Assembly (NCBI GenBank): GCA_965228855.1
Contig: CBDDIJ010000003.1
Location: 1,568,001-1,632,000, forward strand
DNA length: 64,000 nt
Source of the DNA: Candidatus Obscuribacterales bacterium
GTDB taxonomy: Bacteria > Cyanobacteriota > Vampirovibrionia > Obscuribacterales > Obscuribacteraceae
Reading direction: 5' to 3'
The notes beneath the pieces were generated by a model. The model was not told the origin of the DNA and did not search any database. It was given only the letters and a program-made list of their open reading frames with translations. Each line of letters starts with the position of its first letter. Position 1 is the first letter of the stretch. This document shows positions 9,946 through 19,639 of the stretch, in pieces. Both the position numbers and the translations under genes were made by a program.

Positions 9946-11754
9946 ATGGGAATCCTGCTCAGTTGCCAATCTCTCAGCAAATCTTATACCGGACGCATTC
10001 TATTTGATGACCTGTCGTTCGGCGTAGAGGAAGGCGACAAGATTGGCTTGATCGGTCCGAATGGTTCCGGAAAGTCCACGCTCGTAAAAATTCTCGCTGG
10101 TTTAGTTGATCCTGACGAAGGCGAAGTGACAAAGCGCAAAGACTTGCGCGTCGCATATGTTTCTCAAGAAGACGTGCATGATGAAGATGCCACCATCGAA
10201 GAATTGATCACGTCATCGGCTAATGAAGTCGCATTTGAGGACTATGTCCGAGCCGCATCAATTGATTCGACGATTAAACTGTTTGCGTTTCCAGATCGGA
10301 CTCTGAAGGCAGCATCCTTGTCCGGCGGTTGGAAAAAACGCTTGTCACTTGCGCGTGGATGGGTAAAGCAGCCCGATGTGCTTGTTCTCGATGAACCCAC
10401 AAACCACCTGGATTTGGAAACAGTTTTATGGCTCGAGAAACTTCTCGTAGGCAGCAACAAAACCATGATTTTGGTAACACACGATCGGACGTTCTTAGAG
10501 TCCGTGGCGAACAGAGTAATTGAACTCAATCGCCAGTATCCAAAGGGTTTTCTGAGTGTGTCAGGCAACTACAGCACCTTTCTCATCAACAAAGACGAGA
10601 AGGTCAGCGAACAACTCAACCTGGAAGCAGCACTTGCCAGCAAGGTTCGCAGAGAAATCGCCTGGCTTCAGCGCGGAGCCCGCGCTCGTCAAACGAAATC
10701 CACACACAGGATAGCCGAAGTTGGAAAGCTCGTCGAGGAACTGGAAGATGTTAAACAGCGCAACGTCGCCACCCAGATAGATATAAACTTCCAGGCATCC
10801 GGTAGGAAGACGAAAGAACTGGTCGCGGCGAAGGACATCAGCAAGGCTTATGATGAAAAGAAGCTTTTCACCGACCTGGAACTGCTGATCACGAACCGCA
10901 CCAGATTGGGTCTGGTTGGCAGAAATGGAAGCGGCAAGACTACGTTACTGAAAACGATCATCGGCGAAGTAAAGCCCGACAAGGGGAGTTTGAAACGCGC
11001 AGACAGTTTGAAAATCGTCTGGTTCGATCAGAATCGCAAACAGCTCGATCAGGAGAAAACGCTCCAGGAGTCACTATCAGCTGACAGTGATTCGGTCGTC
11101 TATCAGGGACGGTCACTGCATGTTGCCACCTGGGCAAAGAAGTTTTTGTTCAACACCGAACAATTGAAATTGCCAATCAGCAGATTGTCGGGCGGCGAAC
11201 AGTCGCGGATTTTGATTGCAAATTTGATGCTGCAGCCCGCCGACATCATCATTCTTGACGAACCCACCAACGACCTCGACATTCCGTCATTGGAGGTGCT
11301 GGAAGAATCGCTTCAAGAATTTCCAGGCGCAATCATTCTGGTGACCCACGATCGACTGATGCTGGATGTAGTATCAGATCAAATTCTGGCGTTAAATGGC
11401 GCCGGCGGTTGTGAATACTTCGCCGGATATGACCAGTTCGAACAAGTAATCGACGGCTTCTTCGCGGACGAGAAGAAGTCTGCACCAAAGGAAAAGAAGC
11501 AAGATTCGCGAGTGAGGCAACAGACAGGACTGACCTCTCCGGAGAAGCGCGATCTTGCTGCGTTGCCGAAAAAGATTGAGGACACGGAAACCAAACTGGC
11601 GAGCCTTCAGGATGAGATGGCAAAGCCAGAGGTAGTGTCTAATCACGTAAAACTGGCAGATCTGCACAAGCAGCAAGAAGATACAGAGAAGGAATTGGAA
11701 CGGCTCTATGAGCGATGGGAAATGCTAGAAGCCAAAGCACAGGCTCAGGTGTAA
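9946..11754 (+). CDS. uup: ABC-F family ATPase, Uup-like
   Basis: Two ABC cassettes (GPNGSGKST, LSGGW, LDEPTNHLD; GRNGSGKTT, LSGGEQ), linker WLQRGARARQTKS, C-terminal coiled coil ending LYERWEMLE. Confidence 0.88.
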   Translation: MGILLSCQSLSKSYTGRILFDDLSFGVEEGDKIGLIGPNGSGKSTLVKILAGLVDPDEGEVTKRKDLRVAYVSQEDVHDEDATIEELITSSANEVAFEDYVRAASIDSTIKLFAFPDRTLKAASLSGGWKKRLSLARGWVKQPDVLVLDEPTNHLDLETVLWLEKLLVGSNKTMILVTHDRTFLESVANRVIELNRQYPKGFLSVSGNYSTFLINKDEKVSEQLNLEAALASKVRREIAWLQRGARARQTKSTHRIAEVGKLVEELEDVKQRNVATQIDINFQASGRKTKELVAAKDISKAYDEKKLFTDLELLITNRTRLGLVGRNGSGKTTLLKTIIGEVKPDKGSLKRADSLKIVWFDQNRKQLDQEKTLQESLSADSDSVVYQGRSLHVATWAKKFLFNTEQLKLPISRLSGGEQSRILIANLMLQPADIIILDEPTNDLDIPSLEVLEESLQEFPGAIILVTHDRLMLDVVSDQILALNGAGGCEYFAGYDQFEQVIDGFFADEKKSAPKEKKQDSRVRQQTGLTSPEKRDLAALPKKIEDTETKLASLQDEMAKPEVVSNHVKLADLHKQQEDTEKELERLYERWEMLEAKAQAQV

Positions 11755-11773
11755 AACGACACGAGGATAGATT

Positions 11774-12181
11774 GTGGATTCACTAGACACACAGATTGAT
11801 CAATTTCTCAGCGCACCTGCTTTTGGTGTAGCCGGCGCAAGCGATGATAAGCATAAGTACGGTCACAAGGTCCTGGTCTGTTATAAGCAGCATGACCGCA
11901 AAGCCTATCCAATCAATCCTAACGTTGAAACCGTTTTAGGCGAACCAGCTTACGCAAACGTTTCCAGCCTTCCGGAAAAAGTGGAGTCTCTGTCGATAAT
12001 TACACCACCCCCGGTGACAGATAAGGTTGTAGACGATGCCATCGCAGCTGGTGTGAAAAACATTTGGATGCAACCGGGCGCCGAAAGCCCTCGCGCAATC
12101 AGTAAAGCAAAAGAGGCTGGCTTGAACGTCATCCATGGCGGAGCCTGTCTGCTTGTAGTGCTCGGCTACCGAGGACCTTAA
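11774..12181 (+). CDS. CoA-binding protein (YccU-like)
   Basis: VAGAS..KYG, YPINP, NIWMQPGAES, C-terminal CLLV. Confidence 0.9.
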   Translation: MDSLDTQIDQFLSAPAFGVAGASDDKHKYGHKVLVCYKQHDRKAYPINPNVETVLGEPAYANVSSLPEKVESLSIITPPPVTDKVVDDAIAAGVKNIWMQPGAESPRAISKAKEAGLNVIHGGACLLVVLGYRGP

Positions 12182-12226
12182 GCTTCGGTTTCGAACGAGA
12201 ACGACAACCAAAGACGGCGTCGAACT

Positions 12227-12643
12227 TTAGTAATCTACTCGCTTGCGTCCCTGTTTCTTCTGCGAGTGCTGCTTATTCGTCTGCTCGCGCTTGAGCTTGG
12301 AAGAATAGGTCGGCTTGGTCGGTCTGCGCTTGATCGGTGGATTGAGCACCATCGTGATCATCTCTTTCAACTTCTCGCGACAATCTTCCACATTGGACGC
12401 CTGATCGCGAAAACGCTGACTGACAAGAATCAAATCACCCTCCTCTGTCAAACGCCCGCCGAACCGATCAAGAAATCGCATCCTCACGCCATGCGGCAGA
12501 CACTGCGTCGCGTTGACATTCCAACGCAGCGTAGCTTTGCTATTCACCTTATTAACGTTCTGCCCACCGGGTCCGCCGCTTCTGGCGAACGTGAAGTTCA
12601 ATTCGTTATCCGGAATTTGTACGTTATCGCTGATCTCTAGCAT
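12227..12643 (-). CDS. arfB: Alternative ribosome rescue peptidyl-tRNA hydrolase ArfB
   Basis: ARSGGPGGQNVNKV (GGQ), QRFRDQASN, basic tail RRPTKPT..K..K; start reassigned to ATG at 12643 (MLEISDN). Confidence 0.95.
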   Translation of the reverse strand: MLEISDNVQIPDNELNFTFARSGGPGGQNVNKVNSKATLRWNVNATQCLPHGVRMRFLDRFGGRLTEEGDLILVSQRFRDQASNVEDCREKLKEMITMVLNPPIKRRPTKPTYSSKLKREQTNKQHSQKKQGRKRVDY

Positions 12644-12732
12644 AAAACACCTTCTGTCCTCAAACAGTTTACAACAGATCGTGCGGCAGCGCAGCCGCGG
12701 TACAATAGCCTCGAGCAAGCAGAGGCAATTGC

Positions 12733-13164
12733 ATGGATACCCTGACTCCGAAAGAACTGGCACACAAAGTCGCAGAAGAGATGTTTAGAAACGACAAGGC
12801 GTCTAAGCACTTGGGCATCCGCTTAGATGCAATTGACGAAGGAACGGCAGTGGTATCCATGACCATTCGCGACGACATGCTCAATGGATTTGGTATCTGC
12901 CACGGTGGCGTCACTTTCACTCTGGCGGACACAGCTTTCGCATGCGCCTGCAACTCACGCAATAGAAAAACGGTCGCGCTTAATTGCACCATAAGTTTCC
13001 TGGCAGCAGGAAAAGTTGGCGATGTTCTTACCGCTACAGCCAGAGAAGTTTCTTTAGCTGGAAGAACCGGTCTGTACGACATCAGGATAACGAACCAAAC
13101 CGGCGCAGTAATGGCAGAGTTTCGCGGCACCTCATATGGTACCAGTTCAAAAGCTCTCGAATAA
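12733..13164 (+). CDS. paaI: PaaI family thioesterase (hotdog fold)
   Basis: MLNGFGICHGGVTFTLADTAFACACNS; GRTGLYD ... AEFRG. Confidence 0.9.
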   Translation: MDTLTPKELAHKVAEEMFRNDKASKHLGIRLDAIDEGTAVVSMTIRDDMLNGFGICHGGVTFTLADTAFACACNSRNRKTVALNCTISFLAAGKVGDVLTATAREVSLAGRTGLYDIRITNQTGAVMAEFRGTSYGTSSKALE

Positions 13165-13169
13165 ACTAT

Positions 13170-13355
13170 CTACTGCGTCGGCTCGGCGCTAAAACTGATC
13201 AGAGCGCCATCCTCATCTGCCTCAAATGCTATTGTCATAGGATTGCAACAGACCTCACAATCCTCGACATAGTTTTGCCCACCCGCGCTCAGATCGAGGA
13301 GAACAGAGATCTCCTCCCAACAGTACGGACAAGTAAAAAAGTGTTCTTCGAGCAA
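13170..13355 (-). CDS. CPXCG-motif cysteine-rich small protein
   Basis: CPYCWE ... YVEDCEVCCNP. Confidence 0.88.
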   Translation of the reverse strand: MLEEHFFTCPYCWEEISVLLDLSAGGQNYVEDCEVCCNPMTIAFEADEDGALISFSAEPTQ

Positions 13356-13383
13356 AACGCTTGATTATTACTTACGGTTAGAA

Positions 13384-14991
13384 CTACTTTTTGCCGGCGC
13401 GAGCGAAATCTTTGAACTTGTGCACCTTCAAATACTCCGGATAAGTATCGAGCCAGTCAATGACACCATTCTCGGTGAACGAGATCACGCGAGTCGCGAC
13501 ATCTGAAATCAAATCGCGGTCATGCGATACCACAAAGACGGTTCCGGGAAACTGGCTGAGACCATCTCCCAGTGCGGACACAGCTTCGAGGTCGAGGTGG
13601 TTTGTGGGCTCGTCGAATATGAGGATAGGGTTTTTCAGCATCATCATACGCGCCATCAGAAGACGAGCTGTTTCACCTCCTGAAAGTGCTTCCGTTGCCT
13701 TTAGCGCTTCATCTCCGGAGAACAACATTCGCCCAAGTACAGAGCGAACGAGGTTGTCACCCTCATCGACCATGAATTGATTTAGCCATTCCAGCGCTGT
13801 AGAACCTGGCTTGATTTCGGAGTGAAAATCCTGTGGATAGTAGCTCCAGGCAGCGTTATCGCCCCATTTAACCTTGCCAGCGTCTGCCTCGATTTCGCCG
13901 ATCAAGCAACGAATAAGTGTGGTTTTGCCAACGCCGTTTCCGCCGATGATGGCGATCTTTTCACCGCGGGTGATATCGAGTCGTAAGTTATCGAACAGTT
14001 TCTTTCCGTCAAAACTCTTCGATAGTCCTTCGACCTCGAGTATTTCTCGTCCCATCGGTTTTTCTTGTTCAAACCGAATATAAGGGCGTTGAATGTTTGA
14101 GCGCTTCAACTCTTGCGGTGCCAAACGAGCAATTTCTTTTCTGCGGGATTGTACTTGGCTGGAGCGCTGACCTGCAGCGAATCGTGAAACGAATTCTTGT
14201 AATTGAGCAATCTTTTTTGCTTTGTCGCGGTTCTCGTTTTCAATCGTCTGCCGCGCCTGTAGTTTGTGTTCGACCATTTCGTCGTAACCACCTGGATAGA
14301 TGATTATGGTGTCGTAATCGATATCAGCGATGTGAGTGCATACCGAGTTCAAAAAGTGCCTGTCGTGCGAGATAACGATAAGCGTGCCGTCATAGTCTTG
14401 CAGAAAATCTTCAAGCCAGTGAATCGAATCGAGGTCCAGGTGGTTTGTAGGTTCGTCCAGGAACAACGCCTGGGGACCAGCGAACAGAGCTTGAGCGAGT
14501 AGCACGCGAAACTTGAAGTCGATTGGCAAACTACTCATCAAATTCTCGTGTTGCTCATCGGGAATACCGATACCACGCAGAATTTCTCCAGCTTCAAACT
14601 CCGCCATGTAGCCGTTTTCATCAGCAATAATCGATTCCAGATCACCCAGACGATTCATCTGCTCTTCTGTCAGATCAGGCAACTCGCAGAGCGCGTCACG
14701 TTCTTTAAACGTGTTCCAGAGCAATTCGTTGCCCATCATCACGGTGTCGATGATCCGCTCGTTGTCGTAGGCGTATTGATCCTGCTTTAAAACGCCAATT
14801 CGTTGCGGTCGGGTTATGGTGCCCCGGTTCGACGGTTCGAGCTCACCTGACAGGATTTTCATGAAGGTCGACTTCCCAGCCCCATTCGGACCGGTAAGAC
14901 CATATCGATTTCCTGGACTGAACTTAACCGAAACATTGTCAAACAGTGTTCGGGAGCCGTACGCCTTGCTGACTTCGTTAACGACGATCAT
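13384..14991 (-). CDS. ybiT: ABC-F family ATPase, YbiT-like
   Basis: NRYGLTGPNGAGKSTFMKIL, LDEPTNHLD, IYPGGYD, second cassette GGNGVGKTT / LSGGE; start reassigned to ATG at 14991 (MIVVNEV). Confidence 0.85.
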   Translation of the reverse strand: MIVVNEVSKAYGSRTLFDNVSVKFSPGNRYGLTGPNGAGKSTFMKILSGELEPSNRGTITRPQRIGVLKQDQYAYDNERIIDTVMMGNELLWNTFKERDALCELPDLTEEQMNRLGDLESIIADENGYMAEFEAGEILRGIGIPDEQHENLMSSLPIDFKFRVLLAQALFAGPQALFLDEPTNHLDLDSIHWLEDFLQDYDGTLIVISHDRHFLNSVCTHIADIDYDTIIIYPGGYDEMVEHKLQARQTIENENRDKAKKIAQLQEFVSRFAAGQRSSQVQSRRKEIARLAPQELKRSNIQRPYIRFEQEKPMGREILEVEGLSKSFDGKKLFDNLRLDITRGEKIAIIGGNGVGKTTLIRCLIGEIEADAGKVKWGDNAAWSYYPQDFHSEIKPGSTALEWLNQFMVDEGDNLVRSVLGRMLFSGDEALKATEALSGGETARLLMARMMMLKNPILIFDEPTNHLDLEAVSALGDGLSQFPGTVFVVSHDRDLISDVATRVISFTENGVIDWLDTYPEYLKVHKFKDFARAGKK

Positions 14992-15155
14992 GGTGGTTTC
15001 CGCGGTTGAAAAACAAAAGACGCGCCTGGCGCGTCGACACACAGAATTATATCTAATAAAGTAATGATCTCCAGGCGCACTCAGCCGGATCGTAACGTTT
15101 GGTTAGACTCACGCTTACAAGCTATTCAAATGGCTTTCGCTCCGCCAGGCTCGCG

Positions 15156-15198
15156 AAAAAAAACAAAGCGGCACACGATCGCTCGTCACCGCTTTGTG
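15156..15198 (-). terminator. Intrinsic terminator of the HK-RR-LRV operon
   Basis: Minus strand ACAAAGCGG...CCGCTTTGT stem followed by a T8 run. Confidence 0.7.
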
Positions 15199-15254
15199 TC
15201 ACTTTGCGCATTCAAAACATTTCCTCGCGGCTCTGCCGCCGTTCCGCAGTATGC

Positions 15255-15635
15255 TCAGCCCTGAAGTGCTTGCTCGCAGATCGTTTGCATGGCCCGCTGG
15301 CTGATGTAAGGATTCTCATCATCAGCAAGCCTGAGCAGTACTGTCACAGGCACGCAGGTTCCGTCGGCGATTGCGTATCTAACCTCCAGGCTATCGTGCC
15401 TGGTCAAAGCTTCCAAAATCTGTCGCGGCAATGATGGGTTTAGAGCTGCAGCTGCCACAACCCCGACGTTCCAATCAGCCGCCAACCTCATCAACGCCTC
15501 GGCGGACGTGGAAGGATTCTCGGCTGCCTGTTTTCGCACTCTGCATTCTGCGGCTCTTGCCAGACGATCCAAAACCCTCGTAGGAGTATTCGGGCTACCA
15601 GCAAGAACGTAATCAACTTGTTCAACTGTAATCAT
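15255..15635 (-). CDS. Leucine-rich repeat variant (LRV/HEAT-like) small protein
   Basis: Repeats of the type VR..AA.NP.T...L.RLA.D; start reassigned to ATG at 15635 with RBS GAGGGGG. Confidence 0.75.
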   Translation of the reverse strand: MITVEQVDYVLAGSPNTPTRVLDRLARAAECRVRKQAAENPSTSAEALMRLAADWNVGVVAAAALNPSLPRQILEALTRHDSLEVRYAIADGTCVPVTVLLRLADDENPYISQRAMQTICEQALQG

Positions 15636-15676
15636 GATACGTTCCCCCTCTTCAATCGAAACAATTACAACTGTCT

Positions 15677-16093
15677 CTACGCCTTCGCCCAAAGTGATAC
15701 CACTCGTTCAAGAATGGGACCGATATTGACGGCTGAAGGCGGTTTTCTCAAATAGAAATTCATGCCGTTTTGAAGTGCCTGAAGCACATCCTCTTCGTCT
15801 TGAGAGACCGTAAGGACGATAACCGGAATTTCAGGCAATCCGGTTTCCATGTGTAGAAGCTTGAGAAACTGATGCCCATTAACTTTCGGCATGTTCAAAT
15901 CAAGAACGATCACATTCGGAAACCTTCCACTTCCTTCATCACGGCGCTCGCGGAGGTAATTAATCGCATCCTCTCCGTCTACCGAGCGACAAATATGATG
16001 AGGAAGTCTTGTGTCGATCAAGGCTTCTTTCAAAAGTCTCGCATCTGCGGCGTTATCTTCGACCACCAGAATTTCTATCTCTCTATTCTGCAT
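15677..16093 (-). CDS. Single-domain response regulator (Rcp1-like)
   Basis: ILVVEDNAADA, VLDLNMPKVNG, VIVLTVS, YLRKP. Confidence 0.93.
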   Translation of the reverse strand: MQNREIEILVVEDNAADARLLKEALIDTRLPHHICRSVDGEDAINYLRERRDEGSGRFPNVIVLDLNMPKVNGHQFLKLLHMETGLPEIPVIVLTVSQDEEDVLQALQNGMNFYLRKPPSAVNIGPILERVVSLWAKA

Positions 16094-16108
16094 TCTCTAT
16101 ACCTCCCA

Positions 16109-17335
16109 TTAATTACTCATGGGAAGCGCAATCACAAACGTGCTTCCCTTCCCAGTCTCTGACTCAACCCATATACGACCGCCATGATTCTCCACAACAG
16201 ATTTGCAAATCGCTAAACCTATTCCGCTTCCTGACGGCACCATATGCGATGATAATCTGCGGAACATCCCAAAAATTTCTTCGTGGTAGGCCGGAGCTAT
16301 TCCTATTCCATTGTCCGAAACGTAGAGTAAAACGTTGTTTCCGGTTCGCTCACTGGATATCCTTACCACTAGCGGCTCTTGAGAGCGAAACCTCACAGCA
16401 TTCAAAACCAAGTTCTGAAATAGTTGCACTAGCTGGGTGCGATCGCCCACAACAATCGGCAGTTCGTCTTGAATTACAGTGGCACCACTTTGCTCGATCG
16501 AAACTGCAATATTCGATAGCGCCTCGGTAACCACACTCTCCAGTTCCGTGCTCTGGAATCGCTCTATGCCCTGCTTCACCCTCGCATGACTCAAGACACC
16601 TTGTATAAGCGATTCCATGCGACGGGTTCCATCTACAACAAAGTCGAGGAATTCTTCGCCGTCCCTGTCGAGACTATCGGAGTAGCGTCGTTTCAACAGA
16701 TCGCAATAACCTTGAATTACCCGAAGTGGTTCCTGCAAATCGTGAGAGGCGACTCTCACCATACTCATGAGCACCGCATTTGATGCCTGTAACTCTCGTA
16801 CAGCAGCCTCCAGCGAACCCTCAGCACGAATTCGCTGTTGAACTTCCCTGCGAAGGTTATCGTTGGCTTTCTGCAACTCCCTGGTGCGTCCTTTGACACG
16901 CAACTCCAGACTGTCGGCGAGGCCCTTGACCTGTCCGGTTAAGTGGCTTATCGCCGTAGCGACAACAAACATCACAACAAAGGATAGAAATAGAGGCGGA
17001 TCGATGGGATCGAACGCACATCGGGGAGGCATGATGAAGAAGTCGAAGCAGAGCACGCTCAGAGCACAAGCCAGAAGTGATGAGAAGCGGCTGCACGTAA
17101 GCGAAATTACAACAATGGCAAGCAGATAAATTCCAATCACGTTCTCCTCATCCATGTGCATGGAGATGAAGACACCAAGCATCGTGGACATGGAGATCGC
17201 AACGCCGACCACTAACGTGTCGCGAAGCGCTCGCGACTGCCATCTCTCTTTTTCTTGAATAAAGCTGCCTGTTTCGGCGCTGTTGATCTCAGAACAAGAG
17301 TCAGTCTTGTTCAGTGTTTGAAGCATGATAAACAT
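16109..17335 (-). CDS. Sensor histidine kinase with DUF4118 (KdpD-like) TM module
   Basis: IYLLAIVVIS ... FDFFIMPP; H-box ASHDLQEPLR; QLFQNLVLNA; DNGIGI; GSGIGLAI. Confidence 0.92.
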   Translation of the reverse strand: MFIMLQTLNKTDSCSEINSAETGSFIQEKERWQSRALRDTLVVGVAISMSTMLGVFISMHMDEENVIGIYLLAIVVISLTCSRFSSLLACALSVLCFDFFIMPPRCAFDPIDPPLFLSFVVMFVVATAISHLTGQVKGLADSLELRVKGRTRELQKANDNLRREVQQRIRAEGSLEAAVRELQASNAVLMSMVRVASHDLQEPLRVIQGYCDLLKRRYSDSLDRDGEEFLDFVVDGTRRMESLIQGVLSHARVKQGIERFQSTELESVVTEALSNIAVSIEQSGATVIQDELPIVVGDRTQLVQLFQNLVLNAVRFRSQEPLVVRISSERTGNNVLLYVSDNGIGIAPAYHEEIFGMFRRLSSHMVPSGSGIGLAICKSVVENHGGRIWVESETGKGSTFVIALPMSN

Positions 17336-17559
17336 ACCTCCCTTAAGCGAGATGAGTAGGAGGGATGGCTGGAAGTCAGTTTTGGCGATTCGTGTGCAGG
17401 GCAGAAATCACTTGCGGCGAAAGTCCACCTACTTTGAGCGTAGCGCCAAATTGTTATCAAGCTGTGTCTGTTTCGGAACAATCGGCACAGTCATGACATC
17501 TTTAATACACAAGCTCAACAAGCTGGTAAACTTTGGATGCCCTATGGAGTTCAAATGGC

Positions 17560-19626
17560 ATGATTCGACGCCGCAATTTACTCGCTGCTATTGGCAGCTC
17601 TCTGTCCGTTCTTTTTCTGGCTGGTTCTTTGAGCATCACATCACCGCAAAGTAGCGCAATCGCCGCACCAGGCGGAGTTGTTGGTATTGATGTTGCCAAT
17701 ATGGATTTGAATGCGAAACCGGGAGACGACTTCTTTCAATACGCGAATGGCACATGGCTGAAGAAAACGCCGATCCCCAACGAATATGATAAATGGGGCG
17801 TTCTCAACATTATCAACGATAAGAACTTGACTCTTCTCAAGAATATTCTTGAAAAGGCATCCAACGATCAAAGCGCCAAAGGCACTGATAAGAAGATCGG
17901 TGACTTCTACTTCAGTGGAATGAACACTGACAAAATCGAAAAGGATGACTTGGCGCCTCTTTCTGATGAAATTAAACGCATCGAGTCGATAAAATCTCTC
18001 GAGGAGCTTCGCACTGAGACAGCGCGTCTGCATGGCGATGGTGTCGGCGCGTTTTTCAACTTCAGCTCCGGACAAGACTTCAAGGATTCCACGAAGGTTA
18101 TAGGACAGGCATTTCAGGGCGGTCTCGGACTTCCCGATCGCGACTATTACACAAACACCGACGACCACTCTAAAAAGCTTCGAGATCAGTATGTAGAACA
18201 TCTCGGCAAGATGCTTGTTTTAATGGGCTACGAGCAAACCGCTGCCGATGCGCACGCGAAGAAGATTATGGAGATTGAAACAGCTCTGGCTGAAGGCTCC
18301 ATGAAAAACACAGACCTTCGCGATCCCGACAAGATCTATCACAAGATGACGGTTAAAGAGCTCGACGAGTTGACACCGAACTTCATCTGGTCGAAATACT
18401 TCGAGGAGGTCGGTCATCCAAAACTCGGAGACGTCAATGTCGGTCAGCCGGAATTCTTCAAAACCTTCGATAAAAAGCTAGCCGAGGTTTCCCTTGATGA
18501 TTGGAAGGTTTATCTGAAATGGCATTTGATCAATAAATCGGCACCATATCTGTCGAGCCGTTTCGTCGACCAGGATTTTAACTTCTACGGTAAGACTCTG
18601 ACCGGCAAGAAAGAAAATCTGCCACGCTGGAAGCGCGTTGTTAACGCCTCCGATAAAGCGATGGGCGAGGCTGTCGGACAGGCATACGTCGACGTGACAT
18701 TTACTCCTGAAGCGAAAAAACGAGCGCTCAGCCTGGTCGAAGAGATTAAAGATGTATTGCGCGATGACCTTTCGAAACTCGACTGGATGAGCGAAGCGAC
18801 CAGGAAGAATGCAATCGCTAAGCTAGACAAACTCGGTCTGAAAATTGGCTATCCCGATAAATGGAGAGACTACAGCAAGCTGGAGATCGGCAGAGATTCT
18901 TATCTTGCCAATGTCTTCGCAGCTGAGAACTTTGAGTTCCAACGTCAGCTCGATAAAATTGGAAAACCAGTCGATCGCCATGAATGGCTAATGACACCAC
19001 AGACGGTTAACGCTTATTACTGGGCAGAACAAAACGAAATCGTTTTCCCCGCTGGAATTCTCCAGCCGCCAATTTTCGATCCAAAAGCTGATGATGCCAC
19101 TAACCTTGGTGCCATGGGGATGATCATCGGGCACGAACTCACCCATGGTTTCGACGACCAGGGCAGTAAATTTGACGGAGATGGCAACCTTAAAGACTGG
19201 TGGTCACCTGAAGACGCCAAACGCTTCAAAGAGCGAGTGGCGCTGATAGAGAAACAGTACGAAACGTATAAGGTGATCGATGACGTTCGTTTCAAAGGCA
19301 AACTCGTTGCCGGAGAAGCGGCAGCTGACCTGGGTGGTCTAACCATCGCTTACAAAACTCTAGAGAAAATTCTCGGTGACAAACCACGCGAGAAAGACGC
19401 TAATGGTTTCACGCCTGAACAGCGCTTCTTCATCTCCTTTGCTCAAGCCTGGGCAACTAATATTCGTCCGGAGAAAGAGCGTTTGATGGCCAATACTGAT
19501 CCGCACCCGACTCCCCGCTACAGAGTAATTGGGACTCTCGCCAACATGGAAGCTTTCGAGAAAACGTTTACCGAAGGCGATAAGACAATGATGCTGCCGT
19601 CGGCGAATCGTTGCCAACTCTGGTAG
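17560..19626 (+). CDS. pepO: M13 family metalloendopeptidase (PepO/neprilysin-like), secreted
   Basis: PGDDFFQYANGTWL, VNAYY, GHELTHGFDDQG, GEAAADLGG, DPHPTPRYR; N-terminal MIRRRNLL signal (possibly Tat); start reassigned to ATG at 17560. Confidence 0.95.
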   Translation: MIRRRNLLAAIGSSLSVLFLAGSLSITSPQSSAIAAPGGVVGIDVANMDLNAKPGDDFFQYANGTWLKKTPIPNEYDKWGVLNIINDKNLTLLKNILEKASNDQSAKGTDKKIGDFYFSGMNTDKIEKDDLAPLSDEIKRIESIKSLEELRTETARLHGDGVGAFFNFSSGQDFKDSTKVIGQAFQGGLGLPDRDYYTNTDDHSKKLRDQYVEHLGKMLVLMGYEQTAADAHAKKIMEIETALAEGSMKNTDLRDPDKIYHKMTVKELDELTPNFIWSKYFEEVGHPKLGDVNVGQPEFFKTFDKKLAEVSLDDWKVYLKWHLINKSAPYLSSRFVDQDFNFYGKTLTGKKENLPRWKRVVNASDKAMGEAVGQAYVDVTFTPEAKKRALSLVEEIKDVLRDDLSKLDWMSEATRKNAIAKLDKLGLKIGYPDKWRDYSKLEIGRDSYLANVFAAENFEFQRQLDKIGKPVDRHEWLMTPQTVNAYYWAEQNEIVFPAGILQPPIFDPKADDATNLGAMGMIIGHELTHGFDDQGSKFDGDGNLKDWWSPEDAKRFKERVALIEKQYETYKVIDDVRFKGKLVAGEAAADLGGLTIAYKTLEKILGDKPREKDANGFTPEQRFFISFAQAWATNIRPEKERLMANTDPHPTPRYRVIGTLANMEAFEKTFTEGDKTMMLPSANRCQLW

Positions 19627-19639
19627 AACGGAACCTCAA

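Noticed and set aside
12733..13164. Phenylacetate catabolism cluster
   Set aside because: Only a PaaI-like thioesterase is present; no other paa genes in the window
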